Position numbers and translations under genes: made by a program. Shown here in pieces: positions 37,725 through 48,195 of a stretch of 64,000 bases of DNA. Numbering within the stretch: position 1 is the stretch's first letter; every line of letters starts with the position of its first letter. The notes under the pieces are model-generated. The model was not told where the DNA came from. It worked only from the letters and a program-made list of their open reading frames with translations, and made no database searches. This stretch comes from Sphingobacterium sp. (GTDB taxonomy: Bacteria; Bacteroidota; Bacteroidia; Sphingobacteriales; Sphingobacteriaceae), in the NCBI GenBank assembly GCA_052092145.1, contig JBQDCW010000001.1, positions 181,360-245,359 of the forward strand, written 5' to 3'.

Positions 37725-39014
37725 ATGTATTTCCGCTACCTGACCGTCTTCTGTTTTCTTTTATCTTATATATCCGGTCGGGCTCAGCCCCCCCAGGACA
37801 GCGACACCAAAGGGCAGCAAGTAACTCGGGATTCACTAAGGCAGGCTGATCAACTCTATGATATCGTGGATCTTGTTCAGACGATCAACCCGTTTAAGAA
37901 AGAAGGTCAAGAGAAAAATAGCAAACGCTCCCCTATTACATATCTACCTAATTTAAATTACAATCCTTCAATAGGCGCGCAAATAGGTGTTAAGGCCGTC
38001 GGAGGACTGGTACTTGGTGAAGAACCAAATACCACGATGTCCGTCGGTGCGGCAGCACTCAGCGCGACCACCCGAGGGATTATCTTCGGTTATGTTTCAC
38101 ATGATATTTATACGCCAGGAAATCGTTGGAACATTAAAGGCGCCGCCATGGTGGCGAGAGCGGTAGGTCTCGATTATGGCTTGGGAATCGGAGGCACGCT
38201 AAATGACCCAACGGAAGAAGAGTTGATCCTGAACAATCCAGACCGAACGCGTTACGTTAATCGCTTCATGACCTATAGCATCAATGAACGGATATATAAA
38301 CAACTTTTTCCCGGTGCGTTTGTCGGTTTGGGCGTTTTCTTTGAGCTCAAACGAAAGTTAGTCACTCAGGGAAGCGAACCTGATAAAGCACCTGTAGAAA
38401 TTTACAGCCGCTGGAATGCATTCGATCCGACCCAAGTAAACAACAATGGGATCATGTTGAATATGCAATATATGACCCGGGATAATCCGAATAGTGCGTA
38501 TAAAGGTTATTATGTGGATTTGGTTCTGCGGATGAATCAAGCTTGGCTTGGCAGTACACATAATGCATTTCAATTACAGACTGATGTTCGTAAGTATTGG
38601 CAGCTCTCGACCGAAAGGCCAAATCACGTACTCGCTTTTTGGCATTTCGGCTCTTATAACTTGGGCGGAAAGTTGCCCTATATCGATTTGCCGGGAACCG
38701 GAAAAGATCCCTATGCCCGAACTGGTCGCGGTTATACGATGGGTTACTTCAAGGGCGAATCTTTTTTCTATTCCGAAATAGAATATCGTTATCCTATTTT
38801 ACGAAACCAATTTCTCAGTGGGGTTGTCTTTGCCAATGTGCAGACGGCGAATGATCAGATGGGAACCAATCTTTTCCAGGTCTGGCAACCGGCCGCCGGT
38901 GCCGGACTCCGTTTATTATTTAACAAAGCCACCCGAACCAATTTATGTTTAGATTATGCCGTTGGCCGATTTGGGCAACGCGGTATTTTTCTCGGTCTTA
39001 ATGAAGCTTTCTAG
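37725..39014 (+). CDS. Omp85/BamA-superfamily barrel-only outer-membrane protein
   Basis: 429-aa ORF with a signal peptide. The C-terminal AGAGLRLLFNKATRTNLCLDYAVGRFGQRGIFLGLNEAF resembles the bacterial surface antigen (D15) barrel terminus. There is no room for POTRA repeats. Confidence 0.55.
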   Translation: MYFRYLTVFCFLLSYISGRAQPPQDSDTKGQQVTRDSLRQADQLYDIVDLVQTINPFKKEGQEKNSKRSPITYLPNLNYNPSIGAQIGVKAVGGLVLGEEPNTTMSVGAAALSATTRGIIFGYVSHDIYTPGNRWNIKGAAMVARAVGLDYGLGIGGTLNDPTEEELILNNPDRTRYVNRFMTYSINERIYKQLFPGAFVGLGVFFELKRKLVTQGSEPDKAPVEIYSRWNAFDPTQVNNNGIMLNMQYMTRDNPNSAYKGYYVDLVLRMNQAWLGSTHNAFQLQTDVRKYWQLSTERPNHVLAFWHFGSYNLGGKLPYIDLPGTGKDPYARTGRGYTMGYFKGESFFYSEIEYRYPILRNQFLSGVVFANVQTANDQMGTNLFQVWQPAAGAGLRLLFNKATRTNLCLDYAVGRFGQRGIFLGLNEAF

Positions 39015-39037
39015 TTTAAATTCGATTACATAATAAC

Positions 39038-41116
39038 ATGTGCTACAAACGTTTATTTTTGAGTTTTTTAAGTTTTACTTTTCTGTTTCCTGAAACGAAT
39101 GCCCAGGAAATTGACAGTACGTTCAATGAAATTGCGCCCATTGAAATTCGAGTATATTTCAATTCCCAAGCCATGCTCGAATTGAGTTCTTCTGCTAAAG
39201 TGTTGCCCAAGAAACTATTGGAAACACAGGCCCCCAGTAGTTTTTTAAGCGCAGTGAATACCACACCCGGCGTGCGGATGGAAGAACGATCTCCTGGAAG
39301 TTATCGTCTGGCTCTTCGAGGCAGTATGATTCGCTCTCCATTCGGCGTACGGAATACAAAAGTCTATCTGGATGAAATCCCCTTAACGGACGCCAGTGGC
39401 AACACCTATCTGAACTTGATTGATCCGGTTGGTTTACGTGCTGTACATATTGTTAAGGGGCCTGACGGCTCTCTATACGGCCCGAATACGGGCGGTGTCG
39501 TCCATTTGCTGCCAAATGGAGCGACTGCTCAGGAAAGTGAAAAATCGCTGATGCTGTCCGGAGGTTCCTATGGGTTGTTTCATCAACAGTTACAAGTTCG
39601 TGAGGAGGTTAATGCGAAATACGGCTTTTCTTTTGATCAGGCCTATTTACGCTCCGACGGTTATCGGGAGCACACCGCTATGGATAAGTTATACTTTCAA
39701 ACTGTACATCGCTGGAAATATAACGATCGCGGCGAATTAAAGATTTTGGGGCTTTATAGCGATTTGGGATATGAAACACCGGGCGGCCTGACTTCGGAAC
39801 AGTACGCGGAGAACCCGCGACAAGCAAGACCCGCAGGTGGTCCAATGCCCGGATCTGTAGAGCAGCAGGCTGGTATTTACAATAAGACTTTTGTTGGTGG
39901 AATTACTCATCAGTACGATTTCACTCCTCGATTACGGCACATACTTTCTGTATTCGGAAGTACAACCGATTTGGAAAATCCATTCATTACCAACTATGAA
40001 CAAAGAGGCGAGCAAAACCTAGGGTTTCGTACCTATTTCTCTTATAACGCGTCGGAAAATGAAAACTTCAATCTCGAGATGCAGCTTGGCGCCGAGGGAC
40101 AAAAGGGCTGGTACCGTGTCCGCAACTATGAGAACCATGGTGGAACGCGCGGCGAGCTGACGGACGATGATAAATTACAAAACGGCCAGCAGTTTTATTT
40201 CTATCGAATTAAGGCAAGGATTTTACAAAAATTATCAGCGGAGGCCTCTGTTGGGCTTAATCTCAACAGCATAGCCTTCGATCGGCAATTGCCGGTCGAA
40301 ACTGACACCCGAGGGGATATTGATTTTGGCTCAAGCTGGATGCCGCGAATAGGACTCTCCTACCAAGCAACATCGGAGTTCGCTTTACGGGCGTCTATTT
40401 CCAGAGGCTATTCCACGCCTAGTATTGCTGAGGTCCGTTCGTCCGACAATCAGATTAATCGAGAACTTAAGGCCGAAACAGGAACGAATTATGAGGTGGG
40501 ATTTCGCGTAGAGAATCATAATCGAAGGGTAATTGCGGATTTCTCCGCTTATTCCTTCCAAATGAATGATGGTATTGTTCGGCAGCTGAACCAACAGGGG
40601 AATGAGTTTTTCATTAATGCTGGAAAGATGGACCAGAAAGGTTTAGAAGCCAGCGTATTGGGGCAGCTGATCTCAGCACCAGAAAACCCAGTACTGCAAG
40701 GAGCGATTGTATCGACTAACCTCACCTATCAAGATTATAAATTTGAGGACTATCAAGTCGACGAAAATGATTTCTCGGGTAACAGAGTGACCTCTGTTCC
40801 TGAATGGATCTGGGCCAACACGCTTTCTTTAAATTTTGCTAAAGGATTTGACTTGAACATATTACACAACTATACCTCGTCTATTCCATTAAATGATGCC
40901 AACACCGTGGAATCGGAATCGTATCATTTACTTCAAGCAAAAGCGTCTTGGACTGGAGACCTTTTGGATAAGCACCGCGTGCAATTGTTCTTCGGCGTTG
41001 ACAATCTGTTAGATGAGACTTATAGCTTAGGAAATGACATTAATGCGATGGGAAATCGTTATTTCAACCCTGCAGCTCCGCGAAACTATTATGCGGGAAT
41101 GAAGTTTATGCTCTAG
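39038..41116 (+). CDS. TonB-dependent receptor (non-SusC type)
   Basis: 692-aa ORF with a signal peptide and a plug region (TTPGVRMEERSPGSYRLALRGS...VHIVKGPDGSLYGPNTGGVV), followed by barrel repeats. Confidence 0.85.
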   Translation: MCYKRLFLSFLSFTFLFPETNAQEIDSTFNEIAPIEIRVYFNSQAMLELSSSAKVLPKKLLETQAPSSFLSAVNTTPGVRMEERSPGSYRLALRGSMIRSPFGVRNTKVYLDEIPLTDASGNTYLNLIDPVGLRAVHIVKGPDGSLYGPNTGGVVHLLPNGATAQESEKSLMLSGGSYGLFHQQLQVREEVNAKYGFSFDQAYLRSDGYREHTAMDKLYFQTVHRWKYNDRGELKILGLYSDLGYETPGGLTSEQYAENPRQARPAGGPMPGSVEQQAGIYNKTFVGGITHQYDFTPRLRHILSVFGSTTDLENPFITNYEQRGEQNLGFRTYFSYNASENENFNLEMQLGAEGQKGWYRVRNYENHGGTRGELTDDDKLQNGQQFYFYRIKARILQKLSAEASVGLNLNSIAFDRQLPVETDTRGDIDFGSSWMPRIGLSYQATSEFALRASISRGYSTPSIAEVRSSDNQINRELKAETGTNYEVGFRVENHNRRVIADFSAYSFQMNDGIVRQLNQQGNEFFINAGKMDQKGLEASVLGQLISAPENPVLQGAIVSTNLTYQDYKFEDYQVDENDFSGNRVTSVPEWIWANTLSLNFAKGFDLNILHNYTSSIPLNDANTVESESYHLLQAKASWTGDLLDKHRVQLFFGVDNLLDETYSLGNDINAMGNRYFNPAAPRNYYAGMKFML

Positions 41117-41155
41117 CGTTGGTGGATACCACGCTCGAAAGTATTTTTTTGAGGT

Positions 41156-41187
41156 GCCCGGTCGGCTGCCGTCTGACTGGGCTTTTA
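41156..41187 (+). terminator. Terminator-like hairpin
   Basis: 8-bp stem GCCCGGTC / GACTGGGC (one G-U pair) with an 11-nt loop, then TTTTAC. Confidence 0.5.
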
Positions 41188-41190
41188 CTC

Positions 41191-41925
41191 TTAGTCCGTC
41201 AAATAGCTGGCTTTAACTGTAATATTAGCAGTTTTATTTCGCGAGCTAGTGTTGAAGGTTCCTCCATAGGAATATTCTTCATTTTCATTCTGACCGGTGA
41301 TCTGGAAAATACCCAAATCCGCTTTAACTAATGATCCAAGAGAAGACCCGGCTTTCTCAGCGATATTCTGGGCTCGGGATTTCGCGTTCTCTGAAGCCGC
41401 TGATATCAGTTTTAATTTGAGGTCTTCTAGTCCAGAGAAGTAGTAGTTTGGTGGATTTGAGCTAAGTTCAATTCCCTGGGATATCAATTCGGATATTTCT
41501 CGAGAGACGTTCTCAACCTGATCCAGGTCCTTGGATTCAACTGAAATCTTTTGCGTGAGACTATAACCGGTGAACGTATTGTATCGATTCCCACTGCCAT
41601 CAGTGTGGTAAGAAAACTCGCGGTTAATATTAACAGCGTCAAATACAATCTCCTCTACTTTTACATGTTGAGCGATAAGGAATTCTCGAACCAAATCGCG
41701 ATCTCGTTTTAATTCCTCTGAAGCATCGCTCAAATTCATTGATTTTCGATTAAACGAGGCAGACCATTTAACAATATCCGATTCGAAATTCTGCTTCGCG
41801 TTTCCGGTGACGTTAATGGTGTTGGACACCTTGTATTTATACTTATAGGCTGCACCGAAGATCGCGGCGAAGACGATGATGGAGACGCCAGCGATTACGC
41901 TTATAATCGTACCTGTATTTTTCAT
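41191..41925 (-). CDS. SIMPL (DUF541) domain protein
   Basis: 244-aa ORF with an N-terminal TM and the ENAKSRAQNIAEKAGSSLGSLV pattern typical of SIMPL. Confidence 0.7.
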   Translation of the reverse strand: MKNTGTIISVIAGVSIIVFAAIFGAAYKYKYKVSNTINVTGNAKQNFESDIVKWSASFNRKSMNLSDASEELKRDRDLVREFLIAQHVKVEEIVFDAVNINREFSYHTDGSGNRYNTFTGYSLTQKISVESKDLDQVENVSREISELISQGIELSSNPPNYYFSGLEDLKLKLISAASENAKSRAQNIAEKAGSSLGSLVKADLGIFQITGQNENEEYSYGGTFNTSSRNKTANITVKASYLTD

Positions 41926-42027
41926 GGACGTGTTCCTGTAAGATCTGATATATTAAAAATGTTATGATTGGTTATCCCCTAAGTTACTGATTTTTTTGGT
42001 ATTATTGAACCCCAAACACACTATACT

Positions 42028-44829
42028 ATGAAACAAAAACTAAGCCTATTATTATTGGGACTGGGAATTTTTTCGTTTTCCTGGGCCCAGAAGAGACCTA
42101 TTGACCACGATGTATATGACGATTGGAAAAGCATTTCGCGACCCGACATCAGTCCATCCGGTCAGTTCGTGTTCTATACAATAACCCCACAACAGGGTGA
42201 TGCTCTAGGCGAGGTCAAAACGACAGACGGTACATCTATTTTGCAAATTCCCAGGGCCTCCCGTCTTCAGTTAACAGAGGATGAGGAGCACGTGATCAGT
42301 CTGATGGATGCGCCTTTTCAGGAGATGAGACAAGCGAAGATCGACAAGAAAAAAGCCAAGCAGATGCCCAAAGACTCGTTAATGGTCTTCACGATTAAGA
42401 GCGGACGAATGCTAAAATTTGCCGGAGTAAAATCATATAAATTACCACGAAAGGGAAGCGATCATGTCGCCTTTCTTTCGACGAGTGAAGCACTTTCGAA
42501 AAAGGATTCAACCGATACGATCTCCACATCGGAATCTAAAAAAGGGTCTGAATCGGCTCTTCACCTGTTGGATCTGAATAGCGGAGACACCAGCCAAATT
42601 GTAAAAGTTGACGCCTACGCGTGGAGTGACGATGGCCGATTTCTGGTGTACAGTGTCGATGGTGGGAAAAAAGATAGCCTGAATCAATCCGGCCTTTTTT
42701 TGCGGGATGTCACGAATAGTGAAACTGAAAAGATCAGCGCTGGCAAGGGGACGTACAAAAGCTTCACATTCGATGACGCAAGCAAGCAGCTCGTGTTTTT
42801 GGCAGAAAAACATCCAGAAAAGGCGTTATTAAAGGAATATAAGCTCTATTACTATAAGCTCGCCCAGGATTCGGCTATCATTCTAGCGGATCGATATAAG
42901 GCAGGCATGCCTGAGAATTGGTTTGTTTCTGGACACGGCGAGGTCAAATTTAGTAAAAGTGGCGAAAAGCTCTATTTTGGTCTAGCCCCAATACCAAGCG
43001 TAAAGGACACGACATTGGTTGAATTTGAACATGCAAAGGTAGATATATGGCACTGGCAAGACGAGTATCTTCAACCCATGCAACTGGCCAGACTGAAACG
43101 AGATCAAACCAAAAGCTATACCGCTCTACTGAATCTCTCTGCGGGACGAGACAAAATACTGCCGCTCTCAGATGACACCTTCAATCGTATTGAGCTAACA
43201 GGGGATGCGGATCACACTTGGGCGCTCGCTAGCTCTGATAAAGCCTATCGAATCCAGACGCAATGGGAAGGTCGTAGCCATCATGATATCTATGCGGTAT
43301 CAACAGAGACTGGTGAACATAAGTTGATCAGCAAGTCCAACGGGGGACAGTCCTATCTTTCACCAAATGGTGAATATGTTGTCTATTTTGATCAAGATCA
43401 ACTCACCTGGATCAGTTTTCGGATCGATGAGGACAAGATTGCCATACTCAATCAAGATATTGCGGTGAGCTTTGTTGACGAAGAAAACGATATGCCGACC
43501 GACGCTAGACCTTACGGGGTGGCCGGCTGGTCAAAAGATGGGCGATCGATTTATTTAAACGATCGTTACGATATCTGGAAGATCACGCTGGATGGAAAAA
43601 GAAAAGTAAACCTCACACAAGGCGAAGGACGAGAGAAACAAGTGGTTTACCGGGTACAGAATCTGCTCGAGAATGATGATCCGCGGGTCCGACATACGAT
43701 CATCGATGAGAAAGATGGTCTGTATTTATCCGGTTTTAACAAGCGCACTAAACACCAGGGGCTTTATCGTTTGAAGGGTAAACGTATGGAAGAACTTTGG
43801 GGTGGTCCATTTGCTTACCGCTCGATTAGTGCCGATGAGAAATTGCGTCATATTATTTATACCAAGGAAGACTACGCGCAATCGCCTGACCTTTATCTAC
43901 TACATGATTTTAAAAACGAAAGTCGTTTAACGACTATCAATCCTCAACAGGCCCAATACAATTGGGGTACGGCAGAATTGGTTCAATGGAATACGCCGAA
44001 CGGTCATCAGGGGGAAGGCATATTGTACAAGCCGGAGGATTTTGATCCGAATAAAACGTATCCTATCATCGCCTACTTCTACGAGACATTAACGGACGGT
44101 CTTTATACCTATCAGGCTCCAGCTCCTACGCCTTCACGATTGAATATCCCGTACTTTGTGAGTAATGGTTATTTGGTATTCGCACCGGATATTCATTACG
44201 AAGTTGGTTATCCAGGCCGTTCCGCAGAAGAGTATGTCAATTCTGGAATGCAGTTTTTGGCGGAGCAAAACAGTTGGGTGGATTCTACCAAAATGGGCAT
44301 TCAGGGACAAAGCTGGGGTGGCTACCAAGTTGCCCACTTAATCACCCGTACAGATATGTATGCGGCAGCGTGGTCTGGAGCCCCGGTGGTCAATATGACT
44401 TCAGCCTATGGTGGAATTCGCTGGGGAACCGGGATGTCTCGACAGTTTCAATACGAAAAGACACAGTCTCGTATTGGAAAGCCGCTCTGGGAAGCGCAGG
44501 ATCTTTATATTGAGAATTCCCCTTTGTTCCATATGGATCAGGTCAACACCCCTGTGGCCATTATGCATAACGATAACGATGGCGCAGTGCCGTGGTATCA
44601 AGGGATCGAATTCTTCACCGCATTGCGTCGTCTGCACAAGCCCGTCTGGCTATTGAACTACAATGGCGATGAACACAACCTTATGAAAAGACAGAATCGC
44701 AAAGATATACAGATTCGCGAAGCGCAGTTCTTCGATCATTTCCTAAAAGGTAAGCCTGCAGCAAATTGGATCAAACATGGAGTCAAAGCGACCGAAAAAG
44801 GTATCGACTGGGGCTTAGATGTAGAGTAA
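42028..44829 (+). CDS. S9-family (prolyl oligopeptidase/DPP-like) serine peptidase with N-terminal beta-propeller
   Basis: 933-aa ORF with a signal peptide. The nucleophile elbow is GIQGQSWGGY, Asp is in HNDNDGAVP and His is in NGDEHNL. Confidence 0.85.
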   Translation: MKQKLSLLLLGLGIFSFSWAQKRPIDHDVYDDWKSISRPDISPSGQFVFYTITPQQGDALGEVKTTDGTSILQIPRASRLQLTEDEEHVISLMDAPFQEMRQAKIDKKKAKQMPKDSLMVFTIKSGRMLKFAGVKSYKLPRKGSDHVAFLSTSEALSKKDSTDTISTSESKKGSESALHLLDLNSGDTSQIVKVDAYAWSDDGRFLVYSVDGGKKDSLNQSGLFLRDVTNSETEKISAGKGTYKSFTFDDASKQLVFLAEKHPEKALLKEYKLYYYKLAQDSAIILADRYKAGMPENWFVSGHGEVKFSKSGEKLYFGLAPIPSVKDTTLVEFEHAKVDIWHWQDEYLQPMQLARLKRDQTKSYTALLNLSAGRDKILPLSDDTFNRIELTGDADHTWALASSDKAYRIQTQWEGRSHHDIYAVSTETGEHKLISKSNGGQSYLSPNGEYVVYFDQDQLTWISFRIDEDKIAILNQDIAVSFVDEENDMPTDARPYGVAGWSKDGRSIYLNDRYDIWKITLDGKRKVNLTQGEGREKQVVYRVQNLLENDDPRVRHTIIDEKDGLYLSGFNKRTKHQGLYRLKGKRMEELWGGPFAYRSISADEKLRHIIYTKEDYAQSPDLYLLHDFKNESRLTTINPQQAQYNWGTAELVQWNTPNGHQGEGILYKPEDFDPNKTYPIIAYFYETLTDGLYTYQAPAPTPSRLNIPYFVSNGYLVFAPDIHYEVGYPGRSAEEYVNSGMQFLAEQNSWVDSTKMGIQGQSWGGYQVAHLITRTDMYAAAWSGAPVVNMTSAYGGIRWGTGMSRQFQYEKTQSRIGKPLWEAQDLYIENSPLFHMDQVNTPVAIMHNDNDGAVPWYQGIEFFTALRRLHKPVWLLNYNGDEHNLMKRQNRKDIQIREAQFFDHFLKGKPAANWIKHGVKATEKGIDWGLDVE

Positions 44830-44850
44830 TATTAGAATAATACATTCGAA

Positions 44851-44881
44851 ACGGGCGGATTTCTAGATGATTTCCGCCCGT
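44851..44881 (+). terminator. Terminator-like hairpin after the peptidase gene
   Basis: 9-bp stem ACGGGCGGA / TCCGCCCGT with a 13-nt loop. The T tail is weak (CTTGCGTT). Confidence 0.45.
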
Positions 44882-44959
44882 CTTGCGTTAAAAACGCGCA
44901 TTTTGATATAAATTTTCATTTTTTTTGTAAAAAAACAAGTTTTAAAACTAAAAAAACGT

Positions 44960-44967
44960 TATTTTTG
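44960..44967 (+). promoter_or_regulatory. Bacteroidota -7 promoter element candidate (TATTTTTG = TAnnTTTG)
   Basis: It matches the TAnnTTTG consensus described for Bacteroides/Flavobacterium sigma-A promoters and lies 63 nt upstream of the GS-III start. No well-spaced -33 TTTG was seen. Confidence 0.3.
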
Positions 44968-45029
44968 ATTAATCTTTTACTGATTATGTTGAAATCAACA
45001 GAAACTAATTATATCATTACACACACATC

Positions 45030-47219
45030 ATGCTAAATTCGAGACTTTCAGCAGTCGAATCGGCTTCCAAGCATTTGTTCAACGAAACAACGGAGGTCAA
45101 TGCTGACCGTGGTATTCACATTTATAATAAAAATGTGTTCAATACCCACAAAATGAGAGATTATCTCCCAAAAGAAACTTTTGATAGACTTCGTAGCACG
45201 ATCGATACGGGTGGAAAAATTCCACGTGAGTTGGCCGAATACATCGCACAGGCGATGAAGACCTGGGCACTTGAGAACGGAGCGACGCATTACACGCACT
45301 GGTTCCAGCCATTAACAGGTTCTACGGCTGAAAAACATGATGCATTTTTTGAGCCAGATGGATCGGGTTCGGCGATTGAAAAATTCAATGCCGACTCGCT
45401 GGTACAGCAAGAGCCTGATGCGTCTTCCTTTCCAAACGGTGGGATAAGAAATACGTTCGAGGCACGCGGTTATACCGCTTGGGATCCCTCCTCTCCTGCT
45501 TTTATTTTTGAAACGGGCGCTGGGAAAACACTCTGTATTCCTACCGTATTTGTTTCCTATACAGGCGAGTCTCTCGATTATAAAGCTCCCCTTCTAAAGG
45601 CGATCGCAGCCATTGATAAAGCGGCAGTAGATGTTACCCAGTATTTTGATAAATCAATTTCAAAAGTAACGGTTTCTCTAGGCATAGAACAAGAGTATTT
45701 CTTAGTAGATCTATCGCTTTACAATGCTCGACCGGATTTACGGATGACCGGACGTGCTCTTTTTGGTCACATGTCGGCAAAGGGACAGCAATTGGACGAT
45801 CACTATTTTGGCGCAATCCCTGAAAGGGTGCTGGCATACATGGTGGATCTTGAAAATGAGGCGTTGAAATTAGGAATCCCCTTAAAAACGCGTCATAATG
45901 AAGTGGCCCCCTCGCAATATGAATGTGCACCGATGTTTGAGGAAATCAATTTGGCTATCGACCACAATCAGATGTTAATGAATCTGATGGAACAAGTTGC
46001 GGTACGACATCATTTCAAGGTATTATTACATGAAAAACCATATGGGGGTGTTAACGGATCAGGCAAACATAATAATTGGTCGTTAATCACCAACACGGGG
46101 GTAAATCTACTCTCTCCAGGAAAAACGCCTAAGAATAACTTGATGTTCTTGACTTTCTTTGTCAACACCATTAAAGCCGTCCACGAGCATGCGGATTTGC
46201 TTCGAGCATCGATTGCAAGTAATTCAAATGATCACCGCTTAGGCGCGAATGAAGCGCCGCCTGCTATTATCTCGATCTTCCTAGGTTCGCAGCTGGATCA
46301 AATTTTAGAAGAGGTAGAATCCGCTAGAGTCGCAAAAAAAGTCAAAGCGGAGGCAAACCTCTGGCATGGAATTCCTAAGATTCTAGATCTTAAACGGGAC
46401 AATACCGATCGGAATCGTACGTCACCTTTTGCTTTTACAGGCAACAAATTTGAATTTCGCGCGGTTGGTTCCTCGGCGAACTCTGCCCTACCTATGACGG
46501 TTTTAAATGCGATCGTGGCCAAACAACTCATCGAGTTTAAAACAGAGGTCGATAAGCAGATAAAAAAGGGAGTCAAAAAAGACTTAGCGTTATTGAATGT
46601 AGTTCGCAAGTACATTAAAGAATCGAAGGCGATCCGTTTCGAGGGAAATGGCTACAGTGAAGAGTGGGAACAGGAAGCAGCAGCGCGTGGTTTGTCCAAT
46701 ATAAAGTCGACCCCAAAGGCACTTGATGTTTATTTAACGCCAAGCTCATTACGTTTGTTCGAATCCTTGGGAATTTATAGTCAACGAGAGTCGATTGCTC
46801 GTCATGAAATTCTATTGGAGAACTTCTTTAAGAAGATTCAAATTGAAGCTCGTGTTCTAGGTGATATGGTGACTAGCCAGATCGCACCGGCGTGCTTTAT
46901 TTATCAGAATGAACTCATCGAAAATGTCAAAGGACTGAAAGAACTCGGACTCGGCAAGGAGGCTTATAGCTCTCAGTTTAATTACTTGGAACGTATATCT
47001 AAGCATGTGAATCAAATTTTAGAGAAGGCGGAGGAAATGCGTCAGGCTCGGAAAAAGGCGAACGCAATGGAAGATATACGGGAAAGAGCCATCGCTTATG
47101 ACGAAATTGTAAAGCCATTTTTTGATGATATTGCGTACGACGTAAACAAGCTTGAAAAGATCGTGGATGATGCACGATGGCCTTTGCCAAAACTGCGAGA
47201 ATTACTGTTTATTCATTAG
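45030..47219 (+). CDS. glnN: Glutamine synthetase type III
   Basis: 729-aa ORF, the length characteristic of GS-III, with HYTHWFQPLTG, EQEYFLVD, NEVAPSQYE and NGSGKHNNWS. Confidence 0.9.
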   Translation: MLNSRLSAVESASKHLFNETTEVNADRGIHIYNKNVFNTHKMRDYLPKETFDRLRSTIDTGGKIPRELAEYIAQAMKTWALENGATHYTHWFQPLTGSTAEKHDAFFEPDGSGSAIEKFNADSLVQQEPDASSFPNGGIRNTFEARGYTAWDPSSPAFIFETGAGKTLCIPTVFVSYTGESLDYKAPLLKAIAAIDKAAVDVTQYFDKSISKVTVSLGIEQEYFLVDLSLYNARPDLRMTGRALFGHMSAKGQQLDDHYFGAIPERVLAYMVDLENEALKLGIPLKTRHNEVAPSQYECAPMFEEINLAIDHNQMLMNLMEQVAVRHHFKVLLHEKPYGGVNGSGKHNNWSLITNTGVNLLSPGKTPKNNLMFLTFFVNTIKAVHEHADLLRASIASNSNDHRLGANEAPPAIISIFLGSQLDQILEEVESARVAKKVKAEANLWHGIPKILDLKRDNTDRNRTSPFAFTGNKFEFRAVGSSANSALPMTVLNAIVAKQLIEFKTEVDKQIKKGVKKDLALLNVVRKYIKESKAIRFEGNGYSEEWEQEAAARGLSNIKSTPKALDVYLTPSSLRLFESLGIYSQRESIARHEILLENFFKKIQIEARVLGDMVTSQIAPACFIYQNELIENVKGLKELGLGKEAYSSQFNYLERISKHVNQILEKAEEMRQARKKANAMEDIRERAIAYDEIVKPFFDDIAYDVNKLEKIVDDARWPLPKLRELLFIH

Positions 47220-47245
47220 ATCGAATCCGATCAAAGTTATACTCT

Positions 47246-47277
47246 AGGGACAGTCGTAAAATGGCGGTCCCTTTTTT
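47246..47277 (+). terminator. Terminator-like hairpin
   Basis: 6-bp stem AGGGAC / GTCCCT with a 15-nt loop, then T6. Confidence 0.45.
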
Positions 47278-47349
47278 AGTTAATAATTCTGCTGGTTTTT
47301 TTGTGGCTTACAAGATAAAACAGCAACTTTAAGGAGCAAAACAAAAAAT

Positions 47350-48186
47350 ATGCAATTACACACGATTGACACTGGTTTTTTTAAACTAGACGGCGGGGCA
47401 ATGTTTGGCGTAGTTCCTAAAACGCTTTGGCAACGCACCAACCCCCCTGATGAACGTAATCTTTGTACTTGGGCAACACGGTTACTGCTGATCGAAGAGG
47501 GTAAACGTTTGACGTTAGTGGATACAGGGTTAGGTGATAAACAGGACGAAAAGTTCTTCAGTCATTATTATATGCACGGCCAAGACACACTGGATAAATC
47601 ACTTGATCGCCTGGGCTTTCATCGCGACGATATTACCGATGTGATACTAACTCACCTTCATTTTGACCATTGTGGAGGCGCCATTATTCGACAAGGAGAT
47701 CGCTTGTCACCAGCATTCAAAAATGCCCATTTTTGGTCCAATAAGGACCATTGGGAATGGGCGGTGGCCCCTAATCCCAGGGAAAAGGCTTCCTTTTTGA
47801 AAGAGAATATTCTCCCTATTCAAGAAAGTGGCCAATTGAAATTCATCGACGTTCAGCACGCGGTGTATGACCAGGGTATTGAAATGCGTTTCGCCAATGG
47901 ACATACCGAATCCATGATGATGCCTCAAATACAGTACAAAGGCAAAACCATTCTTTATATGGCAGACCTTCTTCCGTCTGTTGGCCATATTCCAATTGCG
48001 TACGTCATGGGGTATGATATCCGTCCTTTAGTTACCATGCAGGAAAGGCAAGACTACTGGAAAGAAATCGTGGATGGCGAATACATTATGTTTTTTGAAC
48101 ATGACCCGGTTCACGAGTGTGCAACTTTGCAGTATACTGAAAAAGGTATTCGGGTGAAAGACACCTTTCGTTTAAGCGATATTTAG
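47350..48186 (+). CDS. MBL-fold metallo-hydrolase
   Basis: 278-aa ORF with the THLHFDHCGG metal-binding motif. Confidence 0.85.
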   Translation: MQLHTIDTGFFKLDGGAMFGVVPKTLWQRTNPPDERNLCTWATRLLLIEEGKRLTLVDTGLGDKQDEKFFSHYYMHGQDTLDKSLDRLGFHRDDITDVILTHLHFDHCGGAIIRQGDRLSPAFKNAHFWSNKDHWEWAVAPNPREKASFLKENILPIQESGQLKFIDVQHAVYDQGIEMRFANGHTESMMMPQIQYKGKTILYMADLLPSVGHIPIAYVMGYDIRPLVTMQERQDYWKEIVDGEYIMFFEHDPVHECATLQYTEKGIRVKDTFRLSDI

Positions 48187-48195
48187 GGCATCAAG

